A DNA stretch of 64,000 nt from assembly GCA_038204425.1 (NCBI GenBank), contig JBBRCZ010000003.1, positions 96,001-160,000 of the forward strand, written 5' to 3'. A program made the translations under genes and the position numbers. Position 1 is the stretch's first letter, and the number at the start of each line of letters is the position of its first letter. This stretch comes from Spirochaetia bacterium (GTDB lineage: Bacteria; Spirochaetota; Spirochaetia; DSM-27196; Salinispiraceae). A model generated the notes under the pieces. It was not told where the DNA came from. It did not search any database and worked only from the letters and a program-made list of their open reading frames with translations. Shown one piece after another: positions 9,927 to 17,736 of this stretch.

Positions 9927-11069
9927 TTAGTAGCCGTTAGCCTTAATATCAGCAATTACAAGCTGACCGAGAGCTTCGCCTTGGTACTTGAGAGTGGAAA
10001 TCATTCTTTCAGCAATAGCCTGTGCGTCGCTGGGCAAGCGAGCAAAGCTTAGGCCTTCGTTGGTGTTTTGACCCTCAGTTACTATCCAGTACAGGAAGCG
10101 AACCAGTTCTGCTGCTTGATCACGGCTGCCGATTGCTTTGTTCTTCTCAAGGTTTTCGTAGACAAGGATCCAAGAGAAACCGGCAATTGGGTAGCCTTGA
10201 GCCGCTTCAGTATTGGTAACCATAATGCGGCCATCTTCAGGAATAGTTACGGCTGCTGCAAGACTAGTAGACTGAAGTGATGGATCAATGGTGTTACCTG
10301 CGCTGTTGATCACCTTACCATATGCTATTTTGTTGAGCACAGCATAAACAAGGCTATTGTAACCAAGTGCACCAGGTGTGTTCTGAACGATACCAGCCAC
10401 ACCTTCGTTGCCGTTACCGCCATTGCCTACAGGCCAATTGATTGAACTTCCAAAGCCAATCTTGTCGGCCCATGTCTTGTTTACTTTGGTGAGATAGTTG
10501 GCAAAGACATTAGTGGTTCCAGAACCGTCAGAACGATGAGCGATCTTGATTGGAAGACTAGGTAATTTTACTCCGGGATTGAGAGCAGCTATCTTGGCAT
10601 CATCCCAGCGAGTAATCTCACCAAGGAAAGCACCGGCAATAGTGTCTGCATTAAATACTAAGCGCTCTTTCACACTTGGAAGGTTGTAGGTTAAGACAAC
10701 ATCGCCTAAGGTAATTGGCAAGTTATAAGCGATACCAGCGGTGTTGGTTTTGACAAGTTCCATATTTTCGTCGCTCAGGAATGCTTCAGAAGCGCCAAAC
10801 ATAATGGTCTGTTCCATAAACTGACGCACCCCGCCGCCAGAACCAATCGATTGGTAGTTAATGCTAACTGCACCCTTGGAAAGCTCACGATATTCGTCAG
10901 CCCAAGCTGTTACGAGCGGTGCTGGGAAGCTAGCACCTGCGCCCAAAAGTTCGACGCTTGCTCGAGCCATCTTTGCGCCGGCCTTGTTATCAGCCTTGTC
11001 ACCCGCGCCACAAGCGCTCAGTGCTACGGTTACCGCCAGGACAAGCATGCCCCTCAAAATCTTGATCAT
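9927..11069 (-). CDS. pstS: Phosphate ABC transporter substrate-binding lipoprotein PstS
   Basis: GAGASFPAP, YQSIGSGGG, HRSDGSGTT, GNEGVA, YPI and lipobox LSAC. ATG 11069 follows AGGAGG. Confidence 0.95.
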   Translation of the reverse strand: MIKILRGMLVLAVTVALSACGAGDKADNKAGAKMARASVELLGAGASFPAPLVTAWADEYRELSKGAVSINYQSIGSGGGVRQFMEQTIMFGASEAFLSDENMELVKTNTAGIAYNLPITLGDVVLTYNLPSVKERLVFNADTIAGAFLGEITRWDDAKIAALNPGVKLPSLPIKIAHRSDGSGTTNVFANYLTKVNKTWADKIGFGSSINWPVGNGGNGNEGVAGIVQNTPGALGYNSLVYAVLNKIAYGKVINSAGNTIDPSLQSTSLAAAVTIPEDGRIMVTNTEAAQGYPIAGFSWILVYENLEKNKAIGSRDQAAELVRFLYWIVTEGQNTNEGLSFARLPSDAQAIAERMISTLKYQGEALGQLVIADIKANGY

Positions 11070-11119
11070 GATTCCTCCTATTACTCGCTTGAGTTTATTG
11101 AAAGGTAATAAGCAAAAAT

Positions 11120-11153
11120 TAAATTCGGTACGTAATTCAGTTAGAATTCCGTT
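11120..11153 (-). promoter_or_regulatory. Candidate Pho-box-like direct repeats upstream of pstS
   Basis: AATTCGGT, AATTCAGT and AATTCCGT at 11122, 11134 and 11145 (11-12 bp period). Confidence 0.4.
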
Positions 11154-11426
11154 TCTTGCCCGGCAATCTGCCCTAAAAAGCACTATGTGCTGCTTAGGAT
11201 TATCCAGCATATTTTTTTGAGTCCTTACTGTCAGCGGCCAGGGTTCTGGTGAGACGATAATGCGCTAAGAGCGTTTCCAGGTCAGATTCCAGTCTACCCA
11301 AAACTTCAAAGGCGCAACGGGTGGTCCATTTGCTCGTAGACGCCTTCTGTAAATTCGTGAATCTTTGCTTTTGTTACAAAAGCTTAATAACTTGGAGAAT
11401 TGTGCTTTAGCTAGTATTTTTTGAGA

Positions 11427-11774
11427 ATGGAAGAAACCCTCGATAAACGAAGCCTATCCGCCGGTGACGAAGCGTCACGAGTATTGGCACTTAAATTAAA
11501 AGACCGTTCATATTTTATTACCAAATCTTTTACTATCGGACGCTACACAAGAAGTGAAATTCCCTTGCCTAGAGACGTCCTGATATCACGGCGCCATGCG
11601 CGTATTGAATACGAACAAGGCCTCTATCACATTCAGGACCTGCATAGTAAAAATGGAACCTATCTCAACGGCGAGCCATTGGTCGGTGGTCAGAAGTATT
11701 TGTTGTCCTTTGGAGATACCGTTACTATAGGCAAGACGGTGATCACGGTTTCTTCGGCTGGGGTAGTGAGTTAG
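11427..11774 (+). CDS. Stand-alone FHA domain protein
   Basis: Canonical TIGR, ISRRHA, DLHSKNGTYLNG and GDTVTIG. Confidence 0.9.
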   Translation: MEETLDKRSLSAGDEASRVLALKLKDRSYFITKSFTIGRYTRSEIPLPRDVLISRRHARIEYEQGLYHIQDLHSKNGTYLNGEPLVGGQKYLLSFGDTVTIGKTVITVSSAGVVS

Positions 11775-12069
11775 TGAATAAATGGTATTACTCGCACAAG
11801 CCAGCATGATGTGTGAAGCCAATTAGAGTATAGGCAAAGTCTTGGGTTTTGCAGCATAAGTAGTCAGACTTTTTTATTTTAGGCACTTAAATGTGAGCAA
11901 GCTCCCTTTCTTCTCTAGTTTCATATTCACTTTGAATGCCGATTCAAAATTCTACGTAATTTCCAAAGAAAGCGAACAATCTTAGAGGACTATCTATAGT
12001 GATTCGTCGTTTTTTCTTTAGTATTTTCGTAGTTCTTGTGAACTGAATATTTGATTCTTTTGCAAGCCT

Positions 12070-12091
12070 AAAAGCCGTTATTCCAAACGGC
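12070..12091 (-). terminator. Possible intrinsic terminator
   Basis: GCCGTT-TGGAAT-AACGGC followed by TTTT on the minus strand. Confidence 0.4.
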
Positions 12092-12234
12092 CACTTAAAA
12101 AAAATCTCCGCTGATCGTGACCCCCACTGGTTTGCTATCTCAATGGACCAGTCGACCGGAATAGCACGGAAACACGTTGATTTTAAGTACTACCGGGTCA
12201 CTCGGTTGCCCATGCAGGGCTTTTTGTTTTTGAA

Positions 12235-12251
12235 TGGAGGTGGCGGGTATC
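12235..12251 (-). repeat. 17-bp exact duplicate of the tmRNA 3' end (att-like direct repeat)
   Basis: TGGAGGTGGCGGGTATC occurs at 12235-12251 and at 12409-12425. Confidence 0.9.
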
Positions 12252-12372
12252 CCTTTCAGTCGTCGACGTCCTGTCGACTCCTTACAGGCCGGCCCACCTG
12301 ACTGGCGGTGGACTTCCTGTCCGCCTTCCTGGGCTAGGCGCCCAGCGTCAGATGGGCTTCGATACCCGTTGC
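12235..12372 (-). ncRNA. Putative structured ncRNA or tRNA-end-associated repeat element
   Basis: Nested helices CGGGTATC/GATACCCG, GCCCATCTGAC/GTCAGGTGGGC, CTGGGC/GCCCAG, GGAC/GTCC and GTCGAC/GTCGAC. GC-rich relative to its flanks. Confidence 0.55.
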
Positions 12373-12376
12373 AAAT

Positions 12377-12401
12377 AAAAAAACCCTTGCGTTGCAAGGG
12401 C
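12377..12401 (-). terminator. Intrinsic terminator of ssrA
   Basis: CCCTTGC-AAC-GCAAGGG followed by a T run, just after the tmRNA 3' end. Confidence 0.85.
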
Positions 12402-12408
12402 TTAAATT

Positions 12409-12752
12409 TGGAGGTGGCGGGTATCGAACCCGCGTCCTGGTGGGCAGAACGTGAACTTCTACAGGTTTAGTTCATTGTTGTAGTCGGACAGTACGAGCGC
12501 AATGAACAACGCTTTACTATCCCATTCCGGTTAATCTCCCTCATGCAACCCGGACACAGCACTCGGAAAGCCCTGGTTTGTTACAGACCCTAGTTGCCTC
12601 AAGGCGGCGTCAATAAGGGTCCGGCTAAAGCACTTAAGCGGCTAGAGCGTAATCTGCGTTATTATTTGCAGTTATTGTTTTGCCGGTCAGGAGACGACAC
12701 TCCACCTGCAACCCATGCCCATACACGCACCAGTCGAATCCATTACACCCCC
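12409..12752 (-). ncRNA. ssrA: tmRNA, tag peptide ANNNADYALAA (12669-12634)
   Basis: 5' GGGGGUG pairs with 3' CACCUCC-A including the G3:U Ala identity pair. Also GGAUUCGAC, T-arm GCGGGUUCGAUACCCGC, resume context AUAACU-GCA, tag ending LAA*. Length 344 nt. Confidence 0.98.
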
Positions 12753-12766
12753 GTAATGGTAATGCA

Positions 12767-12795
12767 ATACTACTCAATACAGTCTGTTGTGACAA
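12767..12795 (-). promoter_or_regulatory. Sigma70-type promoter of ssrA
   Basis: TTGTCA-17 bp-TAGTAT, ending 14 nt upstream of the mature 5' end. Confidence 0.65.
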
Positions 12796-12824
12796 GTACA
12801 ATCTTTGTGGACAAGGACCAAGGG

Positions 12825-13634
12825 TTAAACCTTAAGAAAAGGCAAAACTAACGGTAGCAGAGTCTTGTTGCATGCCAGTGCCGAAATACCAAGTTGCCTC
12901 TCGCCCTCCATGTCGACAAAGGCAGCTCCAGCTTCTTCAAAGATTGGTTTGAGCGCGGCTATATCCCACAAATGCATGGCCGGATCAAGCATGATGTCAG
13001 CTCGGCCAGCAAGCAACATCAGATAACCGTAGCCGTCACCCCAGCTGCGCGACAGAGCGACTTGTTTCAAAAGCTCAACCGTTTTAGGTCTTTGCTGTAT
13101 CAGATGACTGGGATCAGTGCACAAAAGCCATGCTTTTGAAAGGCTGTCACAATCACGCAGTTTGGCGGGAGCATTGTTGTAAAAGGCACCCAAGCCCCTG
13201 GCTCCCCATGCCGTCTGATTGAGAATTGGTTGGTGAATTATGCCCAAGACTGGCCGTCCATCGTGCATCAAGGAAAGCAAAAACGTGTAGAGTGGCAAGG
13301 CGGAAATAAAACTTTTGGTTCCATCGATCGGGTCAATAGTCCAGGTCCAAGGGCTGGCTGCGGTTTTGTTGCCCCATTCTTCACCAATAATGCCATGCGT
13401 CGGGTAACGTTGCTCAATAATGCTGCGGCACAAACTCTCAGTCTCGCGGTCGGCTACGGTAACAGGACTTTGATCGTCCTTTAGCTCTACGGCAAAAATC
13501 CCGTCAAACCACGGTTTGGTGTTATCGCCGGCTTTTTTGGCCAAATCGAGCGCAAAATCAAGGTATGGCTGCAATTCTTGAGGGCTGGGTAGTGGGCTGG
13601 TACCTGCAAGTGGGGGCTTAGCGATTGTTGCCAT
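12825..13634 (-). CDS. Inositol monophosphatase family protein, probable histidinol-phosphate phosphatase (HisN-like)
   Basis: SPVTVADRETE, GEE, DPIDGTKSF, WGDGYGY and WDIAAL. Confidence 0.8.
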   Translation of the reverse strand: MATIAKPPLAGTSPLPSPQELQPYLDFALDLAKKAGDNTKPWFDGIFAVELKDDQSPVTVADRETESLCRSIIEQRYPTHGIIGEEWGNKTAASPWTWTIDPIDGTKSFISALPLYTFLLSLMHDGRPVLGIIHQPILNQTAWGARGLGAFYNNAPAKLRDCDSLSKAWLLCTDPSHLIQQRPKTVELLKQVALSRSWGDGYGYLMLLAGRADIMLDPAMHLWDIAALKPIFEEAGAAFVDMEGERQLGISALACNKTLLPLVLPFLKV

Positions 13635-13653
13635 ATCTTACTCCTAGTGACGT

Positions 13654-14136
13654 TTAATGTTCAAATCTGTCTCGACTTTGGCGAGCTGCTTCGCGGTCTA
13701 AGTCACGGCTCTTAATGTCGTCGCGCTTGTCGTAAGTCTTTTTGCCCTTACACAAGCCAACTTCAATTTTGATCAAGCCACCCTTGGTATAAATTTTGAG
13801 CGGAACCAAGGTGTAGCCTTTTTCGTCAACTTTGCGGCGCAGCTTTTCTATTTCTGCCCGGTGAGCCAAGAGTCTGCGGGAGCGCGTTGGTTCGTGGTTA
13901 AAAAGATTGCTCTGGGGCCACGTGTTTATCTGCAAGGATTTGAGAAACAAAGAGCCATTGCGGGCCTCTATCCAAGCATCAGAAAAGCTAAAGTGATGTG
14001 CTTTTAGGGACTTAACTTCACTGCCCATCAAGCTGATGCCGCACTCCAACGTATCGTCGACGTGGAAATTGTGATATGCTTTTTTGTTGCTGCCGAGGAT
14101 CGCATTGGTCTTTCGACCGCCTTCTTGGGTAGCCAT
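13654..14136 (-). CDS. smpB: SsrA-binding protein SmpB
   Basis: NKKAYHNF, GISLMGSEVKSL, RRLLAHRAEI, KGKKTYDKR. Confidence 0.97.
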   Translation of the reverse strand: MATQEGGRKTNAILGSNKKAYHNFHVDDTLECGISLMGSEVKSLKAHHFSFSDAWIEARNGSLFLKSLQINTWPQSNLFNHEPTRSRRLLAHRAEIEKLRRKVDEKGYTLVPLKIYTKGGLIKIEVGLCKGKKTYDKRDDIKSRDLDREAARQSRDRFEH

Positions 14137-14141
14137 GTTTC

Positions 14142-15773
14142 TTACTCTTCCGTCGACAGAACTAAGGCCAACCTAAAACCAAGATAAGGGAAGGTGCTTG
14201 AGGCGAGCATTCCGGCCGGTGCATCGATAATCACTTCATTGGCACGATTTATCCAAGAACCGCCGACAATTTGATACAGCTGGTAGTCAAATGCGGTGAT
14301 TGTTTGCTCTTGCTTGCCGTTTAGACTCAGCCCAGGCGTATAGGGGCTCAAAGTCCACTCCCAAAGACTGCCATCCATATCGTTAAGCAGACCATTTTTG
14401 TTGGTCGAAAACTCACTTTGCGTTCTTTGGGCGTCTTTGGCAAACCAAGCACTGCCCAATCTGCCACTTTGTTCGACGGCTTTGCGTGCACGCAACCATT
14501 GCTCTGCACTGGGAAGGCTGGCTTTGTAACCAAGGGCTTTGAGGCTAGGGTCCACTTGAGTTTTATTAAACCAAGCTATATACGCTTGTGCTGCATAAAA
14601 ACTAACCCCAGATACAGGTGCATTTTGATTGCTGCTTTGTTGGTTTGACTGGCCAAATCCTTGTGGCCCACTTAGTGGCAAGTCGCCTAGGTAATCGTTG
14701 GTTACAAGGTTTTCTTTTTTTAAGCTATCCGCATTTTCTGGCTTCCAAGCAGGATTATCATCAATGAATCGTTGATAGCTTTTTCGATTGAGTTCGTCCC
14801 TCATTACAAAGTATTTTTGAGTGCCACTTCCAAATTCAACAAAAGTAATACCGGAGACCACCCGTTGATTGCCGAGAGTTACTGGCTGGTAGGCTGGGCG
14901 GCTTGGATTGCCATTGCTGTCTTGATAGGCTCCAAAAAGCTTCTGTAGCTCGAGGTCAAGTAAGTTCCCGTCAGAGACCAAAATATCTTTTGCATTTTCG
15001 GCCAAGCTTCGCAGGGAATTTGCCAGAGAAAGTGGCGATGGACTTGGACTGGCAGATGCCATCAAAAAAGAAGCTCGCGCTGCATCACGAAGTTGTTGGC
15101 GCGACGTCGATGATGCTAAAGCCGCCAAGGAAAAAGATTGTGCCAGGTCTCGTGTTATTGGTGCCACTCTTGTCTCGCTCGTTTGAGGGCGTTCTTTGCT
15201 GATAGCAAACAAAACAGTGTGAGTGGCATCGTACAAGGCTGGGGGAGCTTGATAGATTTGATCATGTTGCGGGTCCAAGGCCCAAATTCCAGCCTCAGAC
15301 AATGCTTCTGAAAGAATCGCTTGTTTGGAGCTAGAAATGTCAATTGGAACAAACACTTCGTGTCTAAACCAGCCAAATAGGCTGGCAAAAATTGTCCAAG
15401 CGCTCTCAATGTTTTTTTCTGTTTTGCCGTGGTCTCCATAGATTAATGTGAGCTTGTAGCTGCCAGCTGGCACAAAAACCTCAAGCGGACTAGTGCCGTA
15501 GAACACATCATTTAAATAGATAGCGCTCTTGTTAGGCTGCGAAACTATCTTAAAGTGTGTTCCTGGGCTCACAAGACCGGGTACAACAAAGATTACGAGC
15601 AAAATTAGCACCAGCAAGCTACTATAGAGTGGCACTATGTATTCAAGCGGTTTCTTGCCAAACAGGTTTGGTAGTTTGACCGCCTGAGGTGGCTGGCTGG
15701 TCTGACTTGCCTTGTCAGTTTTTTTGACGTCATTTTGCGTCTTGGCACTGTTTTTTGGGCTGGAAATTTTCAC
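14142..15773 (-). CDS. Membrane-anchored PEGA plus formylglycine-generating-enzyme (SUMF1)-like domain protein
   Basis: TM, PEGA (SQPNKSAIYLND..GTSP), PVSGVSFYAAQAY..W, LPSAEQW, DMDGSLWEW, GGSW, GFR. GTG 15773 is preferred because the ORF-track TTG lies inside a -35 box. Confidence 0.8.
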   Translation of the reverse strand: MKISSPKNSAKTQNDVKKTDKASQTSQPPQAVKLPNLFGKKPLEYIVPLYSSLLVLILLVIFVVPGLVSPGTHFKIVSQPNKSAIYLNDVFYGTSPLEVFVPAGSYKLTLIYGDHGKTEKNIESAWTIFASLFGWFRHEVFVPIDISSSKQAILSEALSEAGIWALDPQHDQIYQAPPALYDATHTVLFAISKERPQTSETRVAPITRDLAQSFSLAALASSTSRQQLRDAARASFLMASASPSPSPLSLANSLRSLAENAKDILVSDGNLLDLELQKLFGAYQDSNGNPSRPAYQPVTLGNQRVVSGITFVEFGSGTQKYFVMRDELNRKSYQRFIDDNPAWKPENADSLKKENLVTNDYLGDLPLSGPQGFGQSNQQSSNQNAPVSGVSFYAAQAYIAWFNKTQVDPSLKALGYKASLPSAEQWLRARKAVEQSGRLGSAWFAKDAQRTQSEFSTNKNGLLNDMDGSLWEWTLSPYTPGLSLNGKQEQTITAFDYQLYQIVGGSWINRANEVIIDAPAGMLASSTFPYLGFRLALVLSTEE

Positions 15774-15779
15774 AAGGGC

Positions 15780-15809
15780 ATTATAGGCTCGCGCGTTTTG
15801 GCTTGTCAA
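15780..15809 (-). promoter_or_regulatory. Consensus sigma70 promoter for the FGE-smpB-hisN unit
   Basis: TTGACA-18 bp-TATAAT, 6 nt upstream of GTG 15773. Confidence 0.8.
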
Positions 15810-15855
15810 TCAAAGCTGGCACATGCTACGTTGCTAGCAGGAGAATTAACCGTCA

Positions 15856-16842
15856 ATGATTGTTGCCGAAAAACTGCTTAACTTAACTGAGCGCTACCTA
15901 ACGTACCGCAGAGTAAAAAAATACAATCATCGTCAAAAACAAGCAAAAAAACATCCGATTAGAGATTGGATTGAGGCGTTTTTGTGGGCAGTAATGATGG
16001 TTCTCTTTATTAATCAGTATTTTTTCCAAGCCTACCAGATTCCCTCTGGATCAATGATTGCTACTTTGTTGGAAGGCGACAGAATTTTTGTTAACAAGGT
16101 GATCTACGGGCCAGAGTTGCTGCCGGGCCTTGGCAAAATAGCAAGTCCTATTGTGCCAAAACGTTATGATGTTATGTGTTTTGAGAATCCAGACTACGTT
16201 ACTCGTGGCGTTGTTTTTAGCGTGGTACAGCGGCTGCTCTACATGCTTACCTTTTCGATGGTAGATATTGATAGAGGTGCCCAGAACGAGGAACGTCATT
16301 ACCTATTGATTAAACGGGTAATTGGCGTAGAAGGAGACAGAGTTCGCTACATAGACGGTGATTTTTATATCAAACCTCAAGGCGGCCAATGGCAAGACGA
16401 AGAGCAACTCAAACAGCGTACGAGTTATAAACACCAACTCAACAGATTGGTAATGCCAACCCAATTAGAAGAACAGCGACTAGGGACCAGAAACATGCTC
16501 ATTCGCCAAAGGCTGGACGAGATTCGCATGGGCTATCCACTGTCGTTTGCTAACCTTGGCTCAGAAAGCCACCCGACACGGTCCAGAACCGAGCCTTTTG
16601 GACCGGCCTATGATCTGGCGACAGAATCCTATGCAATCAATCCACAAAATCGCGTAAACCGACAAAGTTATGGTAAATACTATTCTGGTTGGTACTTAGC
16701 TGCCAATCAGATTTTGCCATTGGGTGACAACCGCGATAACTCTTTGGACGGGCGCTACTTTGGGCCGGTAAAAACCGAAAAAGTACTTGGTCAGGCCATG
16801 TTCATTTATTGGCCTATTCCACGCCTGACAGTTATCCGTTAA
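15856..16842 (+). CDS. lepB: Signal peptidase I
   Basis: IPSGSM (catalytic Ser), GDRIFVNK, IKRVIG (catalytic Lys), GDNRDNSLDGR. Confidence 0.95.
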   Translation: MIVAEKLLNLTERYLTYRRVKKYNHRQKQAKKHPIRDWIEAFLWAVMMVLFINQYFFQAYQIPSGSMIATLLEGDRIFVNKVIYGPELLPGLGKIASPIVPKRYDVMCFENPDYVTRGVVFSVVQRLLYMLTFSMVDIDRGAQNEERHYLLIKRVIGVEGDRVRYIDGDFYIKPQGGQWQDEEQLKQRTSYKHQLNRLVMPTQLEEQRLGTRNMLIRQRLDEIRMGYPLSFANLGSESHPTRSRTEPFGPAYDLATESYAINPQNRVNRQSYGKYYSGWYLAANQILPLGDNRDNSLDGRYFGPVKTEKVLGQAMFIYWPIPRLTVIR

Positions 16843-16861
16843 GTCGGGAGAACGGCAAATT

Positions 16862-17608
16862 ATGATTCGTGAACTTCCCAGTTACCGACGCCAAGGTGGC
16901 ATCAAGCGCACCTTGAGAGGCTTCTTGTTTTTGCTGCTAAGTCTTTTTCTCTCGGTGATTATTGTCGAACAAGTATTTGTAAATACTCGTTTTGTAGATT
17001 CGGTGTCAATGGAACCTGCTCTCAAGAATGGCGACGCCATTGTTGTCAGCCCCTTTTTGTATGGCAAGTCAAATGTTTTTGACAACGGCACTTGGTTTGA
17101 CTTTAGTAAGCCCAAGCGTGGTGAAGTGGTAGTAGTTTTGCCACCGTATAGTCTCAAACTTGGATTTTTTGAGAAAATTTTTGACTCAGTTTTGCGCTTT
17201 GTTAGTTTGGGTAAACTTGAGTACCATCCAGACCGTAGCGATTCTCTTCCTTGGGAGACCTCAAATGTCGTACGTCGAATTATTGCTGTTGCTGGAGACG
17301 AAGTGTACTACTCTGCTGGTATTTTTTTTGTTAGACCCAAAGGTGCGGAAGGCTTTCTTGATGAGCGTCAGGTCTCCCAGAAGCAATATTTGACCATCGT
17401 CCCTCCCTCACTACGCTTAAATGATAGCAGTATTATTGCTGATAAAAGTTCTGTTTTGACCGTTCCGGAGAATAAATTCTTTGTGGCTGCTGACAACCGG
17501 TTTGGTTTTTTGGATTCGCGGCATTGGGGTCTTATTGGGCAAGGAGATTTACGTGGCCTTGTGCTGTTGCGGGTATGGCCATTTGAACGCTTTGGAGAGC
17601 TCAAGTAG
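16862..17608 (+). CDS. Signal peptidase I paralog with the catalytic Lys replaced by Arg
   Basis: SVSMEP, RGEVVV, VVRRIIA, ADNRFGFLDSRHWG. Confidence 0.85.
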   Translation: MIRELPSYRRQGGIKRTLRGFLFLLLSLFLSVIIVEQVFVNTRFVDSVSMEPALKNGDAIVVSPFLYGKSNVFDNGTWFDFSKPKRGEVVVVLPPYSLKLGFFEKIFDSVLRFVSLGKLEYHPDRSDSLPWETSNVVRRIIAVAGDEVYYSAGIFFVRPKGAEGFLDERQVSQKQYLTIVPPSLRLNDSSIIADKSSVLTVPENKFFVAADNRFGFLDSRHWGLIGQGDLRGLVLLRVWPFERFGELK

Positions 17609-17736
17609 AACCACAAACTACCCAGCCTGCGCAGTCTTTCTTGACAGTAGGGGGGGAAGGCGTGCTAACTTTTTGATGTTAGCAATACTATCAATCAGAT
17701 TACCGGACAATGTGGCGTTCCGGTCAGGGAGTTTAA

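Noticed and set aside
11070..11210. N-terminal extension of pstS in the ORF track (similar cases at 55950, 58407, 18935, 3829, 15809)
   Set aside because: RBS or promoter positions and family N-termini favour downstream starts.
11181..11375. Minus-strand open stretch (FEVLGRLESDLETLLAHYRL) upstream of pstS
   Set aside because: No convincing start or RBS and no recognisable family. It may be a gene remnant but this cannot be supported.
12108..12195. Hammerhead-like fragments CTGATCG and GAAAC
   Set aside because: The core is not CUGANGA and stems I-III cannot be formed.
12296..12340. Resemblance to a ZTP riboswitch (GACTGGCG...CGCC..CTGGGC) or SRP RNA
   Set aside because: The core spacing and conserved residues do not match, and no suitable downstream gene is present.
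12235..12409. Prophage or integrative island at ssrA
   Set aside because: Only 157 bp lie between the direct repeats, and there are no integrase or phage genes in the window.
12140..12851. Short ORFs at 12140-12397, 12234-12470 and 12594-12851
   Set aside because: They overlap tmRNA and its structured repeat. The repeated EVAGI peptide is only the antisense reading of the duplicated tmRNA end.
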